The position numbers and the translations under genes were made by a program. From a virus (taxonomy: Duplodnaviria > Caudoviricetes), in IMG/VR virus record IMGVR_UViG_3300037312_001491, positions 1 through 64,000 of that record: a DNA stretch of 64,000 nt, one strand, 5' to 3'. The notes under the pieces are model-generated. The model saw only the letters and a program-made list of their open reading frames with translations. It had not been told where the DNA came from and did not search any database. Below are positions 16,941-23,668 of the stretch, in pieces; within the stretch, counting starts at the first letter, position 1; the number at the start of each line of letters is the position of its first letter.

Positions 16941-17009
16941 GGGGAGGCGTGGGTCCGAATCCCACCGTCCGGCCTGGTGCCGGGCGAAGTGCTGCGGTGG
17001 CACGCCCCC
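16941..17009 (+). ncRNA. Circularly permuted tRNA-like element 1
   Basis: Closing stem, T-arm GTGGG-TCCGAAT-CCCAC, closed acceptor-like stem CGTCCGGC/GCCGGGCG, AA, D-like arm GTGC-TGCGGTG-GCAC. Confidence 0.6.
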
Positions 17010-17015
17010 GTTTTT

Positions 17016-17090
17016 GGGCCGCTAGCTCCAATGCAGAGCAACGGGTTCTTACCCCGCTGGTTCTGGGTTCAAGTCCCAGGCGACCCACCA
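17016..17090 (+). tRNA. trnK: tRNA-Lys(CTT)
   Basis: Loop TT-CTT-AC, CCA. Confidence 0.85.
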
Positions 17091-17100
17091 CGCGTTCGTC

Positions 17101-17175
17101 GAGTCCGCAGCTCTCAGGTAGAGCACGCGCCTTTTAAGCGAGGAGGTGCAGGTTCGACTCCTGCCGGACTCACCA
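17101..17175 (+). tRNA. trnK: tRNA-Lys(TTT)
   Basis: GAGTCCG/CGGACTC, loop CT-TTT-AA, CCA. Confidence 0.9.
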
Positions 17176-17282
17176 TAAGCCGACAGCGGCACCTGGTTGC
17201 CGGGCGCGCGATGACGATCGGCGCGCGAACGATGAAGCGCGGACCCAAGTCCGTCAGCCGAGTTGAACCAGGAGATCTTTCT

Positions 17283-17355
17283 GCGGCTGTGCCCAGGGTG
17301 GGCAGCGAGAGTGCCACTCTTGCCTCGGTGGGTTCGATCCCCATCGGCCGCTCCA
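17283..17355 (+). tRNA. trnG: tRNA-Gly(GCC)
   Basis: CGAGA-GTGCCAC-TCTTG, U73, CCA; short D-loop. Confidence 0.75.
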
Positions 17356-17356
17356 T

Positions 17357-17432
17357 TGTAGCCGAGGGTTCGATTCCCTCCCAAGGGAGCTGCGCAAGCA
17401 GCGCGACCGGGGCGTTAGGGTACGGGGCTACA
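17357..17432 (+). ncRNA. Circularly permuted tRNA-like element 2
   Basis: TGTAGCC/GGCTACA closing stem, T-arm GAGGG-TTCGATT-CCCTC, GCAA-capped stem GCTGC/GCAGC, D-like arm CGT-TAGGGT-ACG. Confidence 0.55.
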
Positions 17433-17436
17433 GCTT

Positions 17437-17511
17437 GCGGGTGTCGCGCTCAAGGTGAGCCAGCGGTCTTCCACACCGCCCAGGCGGGTCCGATTCCCGT
17501 CGCCCGCTCCA
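17437..17511 (+). tRNA. trnG: tRNA-Gly(TCC)
   Basis: GCGGT-CTTCCAC-ACCGC, U73, CCA. Confidence 0.85.
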
Positions 17512-17512
17512 C

Positions 17513-17586
17513 GCCGATGTAGCTCCGAGGTGGAGCAGTGGTCCCGTAAACCACCGGGCTGGGTTCGACTCCCAGCGTCGGCTCCA
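17513..17586 (+). tRNA. trnT: tRNA-Thr(CGT)
   Basis: GTGGT-CCCGTAA-ACCAC, CCA. Confidence 0.85.
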
Positions 17587-17588
17587 GT

Positions 17589-17661
17589 GCCCTCCAGGCG
17601 TCCGTGGGAACGCGCCGCACTTGTAATGCGGATGTGGCCGGTTCGACTCCGGCGAAGGGCT
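17589..17661 (+). tRNA. trnT: tRNA-Thr(TGT)
   Basis: CCGCA-CTTGTAA-TGCGG. Confidence 0.85.
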
Positions 17662-17666
17662 CCGAT

Positions 17667-17743
17667 GTATCCCTCGTATCTCTGGTGAGTACGGCGGCCT
17701 GTTAAGCCGAGAGAGCTGGGTTCGATTCCCAGGGGATACGCCA
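17667..17743 (+). tRNA. trnN: tRNA-Asn(GTT)
   Basis: GTATCCC/GGGATAC, loop CT-GTT-AA, G73, CCA. Confidence 0.85.
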
Positions 17744-17745
17744 AC

Positions 17746-17820
17746 GGCCCATGAGTCAGCTGGTGTGGACGGCAGCCTCTCAAGCTGTCGAGCCGGGATC
17801 GTAACCCGGATGGGTCACCA
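17746..17820 (+). tRNA. trnE: tRNA-Glu(CTC)
   Basis: GCAGC-CTCTCAA-GCTGT; atypical T-loop ATCGTAA; CCA. Confidence 0.85.
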
Positions 17821-17827
17821 AATTTTT

Positions 17828-17904
17828 GCCTCCGCAGCTCGACTGGATCGAGCACACGGCTACGGACCGTGGGGTTGCAGGTTCGACTCCTGCCGGAGGC
17901 GCCA
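17828..17904 (+). tRNA. trnR: tRNA-Arg(ACG)
   Basis: CACGG-CTACGGA-CCGTG, CCA. Confidence 0.9.
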
Positions 17905-17905
17905 T

Positions 17906-17980
17906 GGGATGCAGCGCGCGGGCCGCGCCGCCGGTCTCCAAAGCCGTGCAGAGAGGGTTCGATTCCCTCGCATCTCGCCA
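17906..17980 (+). tRNA. trnW: tRNA-Trp(CCA)
   Basis: Loop CT-CCA-AA, G73, CCA. Confidence 0.8.
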
Positions 17981-17981
17981 T

Positions 17982-18054
17982 CGCAGCGACCCAGGGCGCC
18001 GGAGCGGCCCATAACCGCCACCGCGTAGGGGTTCGAGTCCCCCCGCTGCGACCA
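17982..18054 (+). tRNA. tRNA(CAT), elongator Met or Ile2
   Basis: CGCAGCG/CGCTGCG, GCGG-CCCATAA-CCGC, CCA. Confidence 0.7.
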
Positions 18055-18055
18055 C

Positions 18056-18136
18056 GCGGGCTTGAGGTGGCGCCGCCGACGAGGTCTAGAACGACTCGGT
18101 GGGCGTTCGCCGGTGCGAATCCGGCGACCCGCTCCA
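18056..18136 (+). tRNA. Atypical tRNA-like gene, anticodon ambiguous (hairpin contains TCTAGAA)
   Basis: Acceptor GCGGGCT/GACCCGC plus TCCA and T-arm GCCGG-TGCGAAT-CCGGC present; D arm unclear, irregular extended anticodon arm. Confidence 0.5.
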
Positions 18137-18142
18137 ATTCAC

Positions 18143-18217
18143 AGAGGGATAGCCTACTGGGCAGGCGCTTGTTTCGGGAACAAGATCAGGCGGGTTCGAT
18201 TCCCGTTCCCTCTACCA
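18143..18217 (+). tRNA. trnP: tRNA-Pro(CGG)
   Basis: AGAGGGA/TCCCTCT, CTTGT-TTCGGGA-ACAAG, CCA. Confidence 0.85.
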
Positions 18218-18218
18218 C

Positions 18219-18294
18219 GCGGGGCAGCTCACCTGGCGGTGGGATCACTCCTACAAAATGACCGCGCAGAGTCCGATTCTCTGGCCCCGCACCA
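18219..18294 (+). tRNA. trnV: tRNA-Val(TAC)
   Basis: GCGGGGC/GCCCCGC, loop CC-TAC-AA, CCA. Confidence 0.8.
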
Positions 18295-18381
18295 TCCATG
18301 AACGCAGGCCCGCACAACTCCCCCGGACGCACGAGCGTCGCGAAAGTGGAGGCCATGCCGGGAAGGGCGCTGTGTTCACAT

Positions 18382-18455
18382 CCGTTGCTAGCTCAAAGCA
18401 GAGCGTCCGCTCGATAAGCGGAGGGTTGCAGGTGCGAGTCCTGCGCGACGGACCA
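18382..18455 (+). tRNA. trnI: tRNA-Ile(GAT)
   Basis: TCCGC-TCGATAA-GCGGA, CCA. Confidence 0.85.
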
Positions 18456-18536
18456 TGCGGGGAAGCGGAGCAGGTGCATGCCGCGGGGGGCTCATAACCC
18501 CCATTAGCCGGGTTCGAGTCCCGTGTCCCGCTACCA
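18456..18536 (+). tRNA. trnM: tRNA-fMet(CAT), initiator-like
   Basis: GGGGG-CTCATAA-CCCCC (consecutive G-C pairs), unpaired first acceptor position, ACCA end. Confidence 0.75.
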
Positions 18537-18600
18537 ACGCGAGCGACCCGCGCCCAGGTCGTGGCTAGCGCTCGCGCCGAGCGCCGACAACAGACGTCAT

Positions 18601-18676
18601 GGTGCCTATAGCTGTAGTGGTCGCACGGCGGATTGTGTCTCCGCAAGGGCGGGTTCGATTCCCGCTAGGTACCCCA
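18601..18676 (+). tRNA. trnH: tRNA-His(GTG)
   Basis: G-1:C73 pair, GCGGA-TTGTGTC-TCCGC, CCA. Confidence 0.85.
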
Positions 18677-18703
18677 CACACGTGCTAATCCAGGAGGAGA
18701 GTC

Positions 18704-19255
18704 ATGCAGGCCGAGAGCTTCGCGACGAACGAGCAGACCCTAGTCCTCGACCCTGGCATGCGCCCGGTCGAGGTCGTGCACTGGACGCGCGCCGTCGCGC
18801 TCTGGTTCCAGGACAAGGCGGAGGTCATCGCCGAGTACGATGGCTTCGCGCGCTCGTCCTCGCTGGTGATCAAGATCCCGGCTGTGGTTCGCCTCCTGCA
18901 TGCGTTCAAGCGCGACCGGAAGCCGGTCAAGTTCTCGCGCGTGAACATTTACGCCCGCGACGGCTACCGCTGCCAGTATTGCGGCGGCAAGTTCACGATG
19001 GGTGAGCTGACCTACGACCACGTTGTCCCCCGCTCGCGTGGGGGAAAGACGAGCTGGGAGAACATCGTGTCCGCGTGTCACGCATGCAACCGCCGCAAGG
19101 CGTGCCGCACGCCGGAGCAGGCGGGAATGAAGCTCCGCAAGGTGCCCGTGCAGCCGCAGGCCGTGCCGGTGCTCGTGATCCCGCTGTCGAGGAAGACCGT
19201 CCCCGACGCGTGGCGCGACTACCTGTACTGGACCGGCGAACTGGACCGGGACTGA
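18704..19255 (+). CDS. HNH endonuclease (tRNA-array associated type)
   Basis: FSRVNIYARDGYRCQYCG...TYDHVVPRSRGGKTSWENIVSACHACNRRK. Confidence 0.95.
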   Translation: MQAESFATNEQTLVLDPGMRPVEVVHWTRAVALWFQDKAEVIAEYDGFARSSSLVIKIPAVVRLLHAFKRDRKPVKFSRVNIYARDGYRCQYCGGKFTMGELTYDHVVPRSRGGKTSWENIVSACHACNRRKACRTPEQAGMKLRKVPVQPQAVPVLVIPLSRKTVPDAWRDYLYWTGELDRD

Positions 19256-19362
19256 TCGAAAAGCCGTAGCGCGTCCGCAAAGCGCGTGAAGGCACGGCGC
19301 ACGAGGGGCAACCCGACCGCAGAAGCGGAGCCGCAACGGCCCTCCAGTGGGCCTCGTGTTTT

Positions 19363-19436
19363 GGTCCTGATTTCACCGGGTGGTGATGCGCCGCTGTCTA
19401 CGGCGTCGAGGAGGGGTTCGAGTCCCCCCAGGACCG
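19363..19436 (+). tRNA. trnD: tRNA-Asp(GTC)
   Basis: GGTCCTG/CAGGACC, CGCCG-CTGTCTA-CGGCG, G73. Confidence 0.85.
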
Positions 19437-19441
19437 CGAAT

Positions 19442-19513
19442 GGGCGCGTAGCTCAACGGGTGAGCGCTCCGCTGGCTGCGGAGAGGTTGCGGGTTCGAGT
19501 CCCGCCGTGTCCA
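19442..19513 (+). tRNA. trnA: tRNA-Ala(GGC)
   Basis: G3:U70 pair, CTCCG-CTGGCTG-CGGAG. Confidence 0.9.
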
Positions 19514-19519
19514 CGAAAC

Positions 19520-19594
19520 GGGGCCGTCATTCTAACGGGAAGATTCCTGGTCCGCACCCAGGCGATGTCGGTTCGATTCCGACCGGTTCCACCA
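19520..19594 (+). tRNA. trnA: tRNA-Ala(CGC)
   Basis: G3:U70 pair, CCTGG-TCCGCAC-CCAGG, CCA. Confidence 0.85.
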
Positions 19595-19595
19595 C

Positions 19596-19670
19596 GCCGA
19601 TGCAGCTCCTCTGGCGGAGCACTCGCCCGGTACGCGAGAGGGTCGGGTTCGAGTCCCGACGTCGGCTCCA
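19596..19670 (+). tRNA. trnT: tRNA-Thr(GGT)
   Basis: CTCGC-CCGGTAC-GCGAG, CCA. Confidence 0.85.
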
Positions 19671-19677
19671 GTTTCGA

Positions 19678-19752
19678 TCGGGGTTCGTCTAATCGGTAGG
19701 ACGGCGGACTTTGGATCCGCCTATGAGGGTCCGAGTCCCTCGCCCCGAACCA
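19678..19752 (+). tRNA. trnQ: tRNA-Gln(TTG)
   Basis: GCGGA-CTTTGGA-TCCGC, CCA. Confidence 0.9.
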
Positions 19753-19753
19753 C

Positions 19754-19826
19754 GCGCCGGTGGTCGAATGGAAAGGCACGGAGCTGCAACCTCCGCACAT
19801 CGCGAGTTCGATTCTCGCCCGGCGCT
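19754..19826 (+). tRNA. trnC: tRNA-Cys(GCA)
   Basis: CGGAG-CTGCAAC-CTCCG, U73. Confidence 0.9.
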
Positions 19827-20227
19827 CAAAGTAGTCCGTGATCAAATTCCCAATGGTGGTTCGGACACAAGAAGCGAATGTTCGAGCGCGCGTTCACCTC
19901 GACGAGTGGTGTGCTGTCGGGGAACGTGCTCAGCGCGACAACGTGACAGACCTCGACGTGCTTTGAGTAACCGCAGACCTCACATGATGCGCGCAGTCGC
20001 TCTGTGCGGTGCGTGGTGCGCGCTCGTTCTCGCACGTACGCGTGAAGCCAGGACGGATGACGGCCACGAAGGGACAAGAGGCGTCGCACGTCTCCGATTG
20101 TGATCACCCGGATGCTGTCGAGGCGGCGCTCTCGGCAATCAGAGCAGAACTCGGAACGATACTTGTTCTTCGCGATCTGCCAGGTCGCGCCACAGTTCTT
20201 GCAGCTTCGGATATGGGGCTGCCGCAT
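19826..20227 (-). CDS. HNH endonuclease-family protein, antisense inside tRNA array
   Basis: CKNC..FCSDC N-terminus; CEVCGYSKHVEVCHV...SNIRFLCPNHHWEFDH. Confidence 0.8.
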   Translation of the reverse strand: MRQPHIRSCKNCGATWQIAKNKYRSEFCSDCRERRLDSIRVITIGDVRRLLSLRGRHPSWLHAYVRERARTTHRTERLRASCEVCGYSKHVEVCHVVALSTFPDSTPLVEVNARSNIRFLCPNHHWEFDHGLL

Positions 20228-20267
20228 CTCGAAAGTCTTACGCCGCGAGATGCACCCGAACTTCCTT

Positions 20268-20344
20268 GTTCCCGTCGCCTCGCAGGATGAGGTACCGCAC
20301 TCCTAATGCGGATAGTGCAGGTTCGAGTCCTGCCGGGGACACCA
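20268..20344 (+). tRNA. trnR: tRNA-Arg(CCT)
   Basis: CCGCA-CTCCTAA-TGCGG, CCA. Confidence 0.9.
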
Positions 20345-20345
20345 C

Positions 20346-20417
20346 GGTTCCGTGACAGGATGTCGACCCGACGATCCGAACGTCGGCGGCCGGGTTCGAG
20401 TCCCGGCGGAATCACCA
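20346..20417 (+). tRNA. trnR: tRNA-Arg(CCG), 6-bp anticodon stem and small D arm
   Basis: GGTTCCG/CGGAATC, CCGACG-ATCCGAA-CGTCGG, CCA. Confidence 0.7.
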
Positions 20418-20419
20418 AC

Positions 20420-20497
20420 GGCCGCGCGGCAAACTGCTGGTGTGGTAGCCGGCTTTTCACCCCGGTGCTTCGGGTTCGATTCCCGCCGCGGTCACCA
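20420..20497 (+). tRNA. trnE: tRNA-Glu(TTC)
   Basis: Loop TT-TTC-AC, GGCCGCG/CGCGGTC, CCA. Confidence 0.75.
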
Positions 20498-20510
20498 TCG
20501 TCGTCAGCTT

Positions 20511-20598
20511 GGCGTCGGAGAGGGCAACAGGTGCCCTACCGGTCTCGAAAACCGGGTGCCCCGAAAGGGGCCGGGTTCAACCCCTAACGGCGCCGCCA
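20511..20598 (+). tRNA. trnS: tRNA-Ser(CGA), long variable arm
   Basis: CCGGT-CTCGAAA-ACCGG, GCCCC-GAAA-GGGGC arm, G73, CCA. Confidence 0.8.
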
Positions 20599-20599
20599 T

Positions 20600-20683
20600 G
20601 GAAGGACAGCCGGTGCAGGTGCCCGGAGCCGTTTGCTAAACGGATGTGCCCGCAAGGGTCGGGTTCGAGTCCCCGTTCTTCCG
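20600..20683 (+). tRNA. trnS: tRNA-Ser(GCT), long variable arm
   Basis: GGAAGGA/TTCTTCC, loop TT-GCT-AA, GCCC-GCAA-GGGT arm, G73. Confidence 0.8.
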
Positions 20684-21916
20684 CTACTTCTTCGGTGGGT
20701 GGTCCGTCGTCGCCGGCAGCGCCGCCCAGCGTGACAACGCGATCTCTTCGGGCGTGACGGCGCCGGCAGCCATCGCCAGTGCGTCGGCGCGCGCGAGGTC
20801 GAGGCGCGCCTGCGCCAGCTCGCCGGCCTTCGCGCTCGTCTCCCATGTGCCGCCAAGGGGGCGGTCCCACTCGGGTAGTGGGATCGCGATGCAGTAGAAG
20901 TGGCCGCGCACCGGCACGTTGATCAGCAGGCGCGTCCCGCCGAAGTGCACGCGCACATCGATGGCGGCCTCGCTCGCGGTGTCCTTGTCGAACTGCTCGC
21001 CCACGAGCTTGTGCGCCAGCTCCATCGCCAGCCGGTCGTAGTCGATGGACGGCGCGCGGCTCGCGACGGCGCGTTCGACGCAGCGGCCGATGCGGCGCAG
21101 CTTCTCCTGCGGCGTCTCGACGAACACGTCGACGGCGATGCCGGCGGGCCGGCAGGGCTCGATGGCTGCACGCACGCGGCGCTCCCAGCGCCAGTCGACG
21201 TTGTCGTCACCCTCGGTGATGACGATGCGGACGTCGCCGGGCTGCGGCTCCTTGACCTCGACCTCGCGCACACCGGGGACCATCTTCGCCATCACGGCGA
21301 GCTGGGTGCGCGTGCAGTTGCGGTAGAACAGCGCCAGGTCTTCGTGGTCGTTGTGGTAGCCGTTCGGTGTCTTGCCGAGCAGGATGAACTCGGGGATGCC
21401 GTAGATGCCGGCAATCTTCCGGGTGAAGTCGTTCATCAACTCAGGAAGCCCCGCGAGAGGCGACGAGCCCCAGAGGCCGAGCCGGTCCAGAAGCTGCGGT
21501 ACCGTCGGTCCGTGGTCGACCGTGAGCAACGCGGCGTCGCGCGCGCTCGCGTGGACGTTGATGGCGATCTTCACCTCGGCGTCCGGCGGCACGTCGTGGT
21601 CACAGTCGACCCGCAGGACCGTCTTGCCCTCGGCGTCGATGAACAGCATGTGACGGACGGCGGCCGACTCGGCGGCCCGGAACTTGACGACGTCCACGAT
21701 GCCGTCCCAGGGCACACGCCGCGCGTCGCGGCCGTCTCGCGTGCGCAGGACGATGGCGACCACGCGCCGGCGGAGCTGGCACGGGCGGCACGCGCAGTTC
21801 ACGACGTGACCGGGCTCACCCCGGTGACGCGGGGGGACCGCGCCGTCGCAGCCGAGCGCGCACTGGACGTACGCGCCGATGACGGGGATGCCGGGGTGGC
21901 CGCAGGGGGCGTTCAC
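20684..21916 (-). CDS. Chimeric protein containing a portal-like segment and a baseplate-J-like segment
   Basis: PLAGLPELMNDFTRKIAGIYGIPEFILLGKTPNG aligns with this phage's portal; MVPGVREVEV...PCRPAGIAVDV resembles baseplate J C-terminus. Confidence 0.6.
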   Translation of the reverse strand: MNAPCGHPGIPVIGAYVQCALGCDGAVPPRHRGEPGHVVNCACRPCQLRRRVVAIVLRTRDGRDARRVPWDGIVDVVKFRAAESAAVRHMLFIDAEGKTVLRVDCDHDVPPDAEVKIAINVHASARDAALLTVDHGPTVPQLLDRLGLWGSSPLAGLPELMNDFTRKIAGIYGIPEFILLGKTPNGYHNDHEDLALFYRNCTRTQLAVMAKMVPGVREVEVKEPQPGDVRIVITEGDDNVDWRWERRVRAAIEPCRPAGIAVDVFVETPQEKLRRIGRCVERAVASRAPSIDYDRLAMELAHKLVGEQFDKDTASEAAIDVRVHFGGTRLLINVPVRGHFYCIAIPLPEWDRPLGGTWETSAKAGELAQARLDLARADALAMAAGAVTPEEIALSRWAALPATTDHPPKK

Positions 21917-22232
21917 GCGGAGGTGACGCGCCGAGCGGCCGCGGGAATTCCTGCCAGAGCAGTTGCTCCATCAGGGCCCGCGCGCGCTTGCTCGGGGCCT
22001 TCGTCAGGAAGCCGCGCGCGACCCCATTCTCGTACGGGGGCGGCTTGCGGAACTGTGCGGCGGTCGGGTCGAGCACGTGCGGCGCGATGCCGTCGGACCC
22101 GCTGTCGAGCACGAGGTACCAGTGGACGTCGCCCTCGTGTCGGACGGTGTGCGGCGTGTAGCCGGCGGCCTTGCCACCGAGCAGGTGGTAGAGCGCCTCG
22201 CAGGTGACGTAGCAGTTGCCGCGGCGCCTCAT
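21816..22232 (-). CDS. Conserved phage protein (GNCYVTCEALYHLLGG...GFLTKAPSKRA)
   Basis: Recognisable motif set CYV.CEALYH, HWYL, LDPTAAQF, GFLT.PSKRA. Confidence 0.6.
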   Translation of the reverse strand: MRRRGNCYVTCEALYHLLGGKAAGYTPHTVRHEGDVHWYLVLDSGSDGIAPHVLDPTAAQFRKPPPYENGVARGFLTKAPSKRARALMEQLLWQEFPRPLGASPPRERPLRPPRHPRHRRVRPVRARLRRRGPPASPG

Positions 22233-22538
22233 CGGTCGCGGCTCCGGTCGCGCGGGAACGGGAAGACGTGCCCGGTCTCGGTGTCGTACTGGTATGAGCA
22301 GCAGCGCATACAGTCGCGCACGGTAAGCCACGTGCCGGTGCCGTGCCACGCGCCCCACCGGTGGCCGAAGAGTCGGCAGATCAGGCGCCTCACCGGGGCC
22401 TCGCGGGAAGTCGGCGGGCCTCCGGGTCGGCCGCGCGCACGCGCGCCCAGAGCGACTGGGTCAGCGGGTGATCGGGGCCGAGGTCGGCGACGGCGACGTG
22501 GTACTCCCACCACGCTCGCTTCTTCTCGGTCGGGTTGG

Positions 22539-22991
22539 TCATGGCTTGGGTCCTCCTTTCTTCTCGACGACGTGCGGACGCACAAGATCCGGATCGGTCA
22601 GCCAGCAGCCCTCGCGGTCGAGGTGCACGCGCGCCGCTCGGCGCACCGGCAGAGGCATCTGGGTGTTCGTGCAGAACACCGACATCTCGCGCGGGTTGTA
22701 CTTTGCGCGCGAGGCGCCGCGTTCGGCGAACCACTCGGACGTGGCCGGCTCCAGGTACCCGCGAACCCACGCGTGGACGTTCTTGCGGCCGGTCATGAGC
22801 ACGCGCTGACGCCCGGCCTCGCGCACGACGAACGTCGCCTCGCGGAGCTTGACGAATTCGGCGTGGGCGACGACCTTTCCATCCTGGCGGACGGAGTACA
22901 CGACCTTGCCGCGCGCCACGGATTTGCCGACGTTGCGGTAGACCTCGACCGGGCGGGTCGGGTCAACGGTGCGGTTACGAAATGGTGTCAT
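22539..22991 (-). CDS. Conserved phage protein (VYRN...GRQRVL..GRKNVHAWVRG...YNP family)
   Basis: Motif widespread in phage hypotheticals; function unknown to me. Confidence 0.7.
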   Translation of the reverse strand: MTPFRNRTVDPTRPVEVYRNVGKSVARGKVVYSVRQDGKVVAHAEFVKLREATFVVREAGRQRVLMTGRKNVHAWVRGYLEPATSEWFAERGASRAKYNPREMSVFCTNTQMPLPVRRAARVHLDREGCWLTDPDLVRPHVVEKKGGPKP

Positions 22992-23668
22992 GGCCTGTAG
23001 GTCCCATCTACGGCCGCTTCGGCCGTGGCGCGCGTCCAGCCCAGAGATCGGATAATCGGCACACGCGCGCTGCTACCGCATGACCGTTCGGTCTCGCCAC
23101 GGTCTACGCGCACGAAATGCCAACGGTTGCATAGATGGCATCGCGGACGAGGGTCGTAGCCAATCGCGGCGCGAAACGGCGGCGTGTCGACCACGAGCAC
23201 GTCACAACACGCGGCCTTGACGGCGCCGAGGTCGATGTCGCGCGCCACAGCCTCGTCGATGAGCTGCACGAGCGAGAACTTGTGGACGAGGCGCCACGGG
23301 TTGGTCTCCAGGCCGCCGAGCGTGTTGGCGACGTTGAGAGCGCCGAGCACTGGACTGCACCGCAGCTCGATGGCGTGGACGAGGTCCTCGTCTGACACGG
23401 GCCTGGTACGGGCGGGATCGGTGAGAGTCATCATTCGTAGTACGCCTCCACGGTGACTGTTCCGCCGCGGACCTTCTCGGCTCCGCCGCGGGTCTTGTAG
23501 ACACGGGCGGACCGCCGGGTGCCGGGGCCAACGTAGTCCTCGTGCTCGAACTGCCCGTTGGTGCAGTAGATGTACTTCGCGTTGTTCGTGGAGCGAGCGA
23601 TGTAGCCTTTGAGAATCATGGTGTCCTCCTGCCTCTACCGTGGCCACGCAGGGGACCCTCGTCAAGGG

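Noticed and set aside
17192-17272. Hammerhead ribozyme reading (GATGA...GAAC...GTC)
   Set aside because: Core lacks CUGA and GAAA consensus and stem II does not form in that register
16800-20700. Protein ORFs called across the tRNA array
   Set aside because: They overlap clear tRNA cloverleaves; only the two HNH genes have coding signatures
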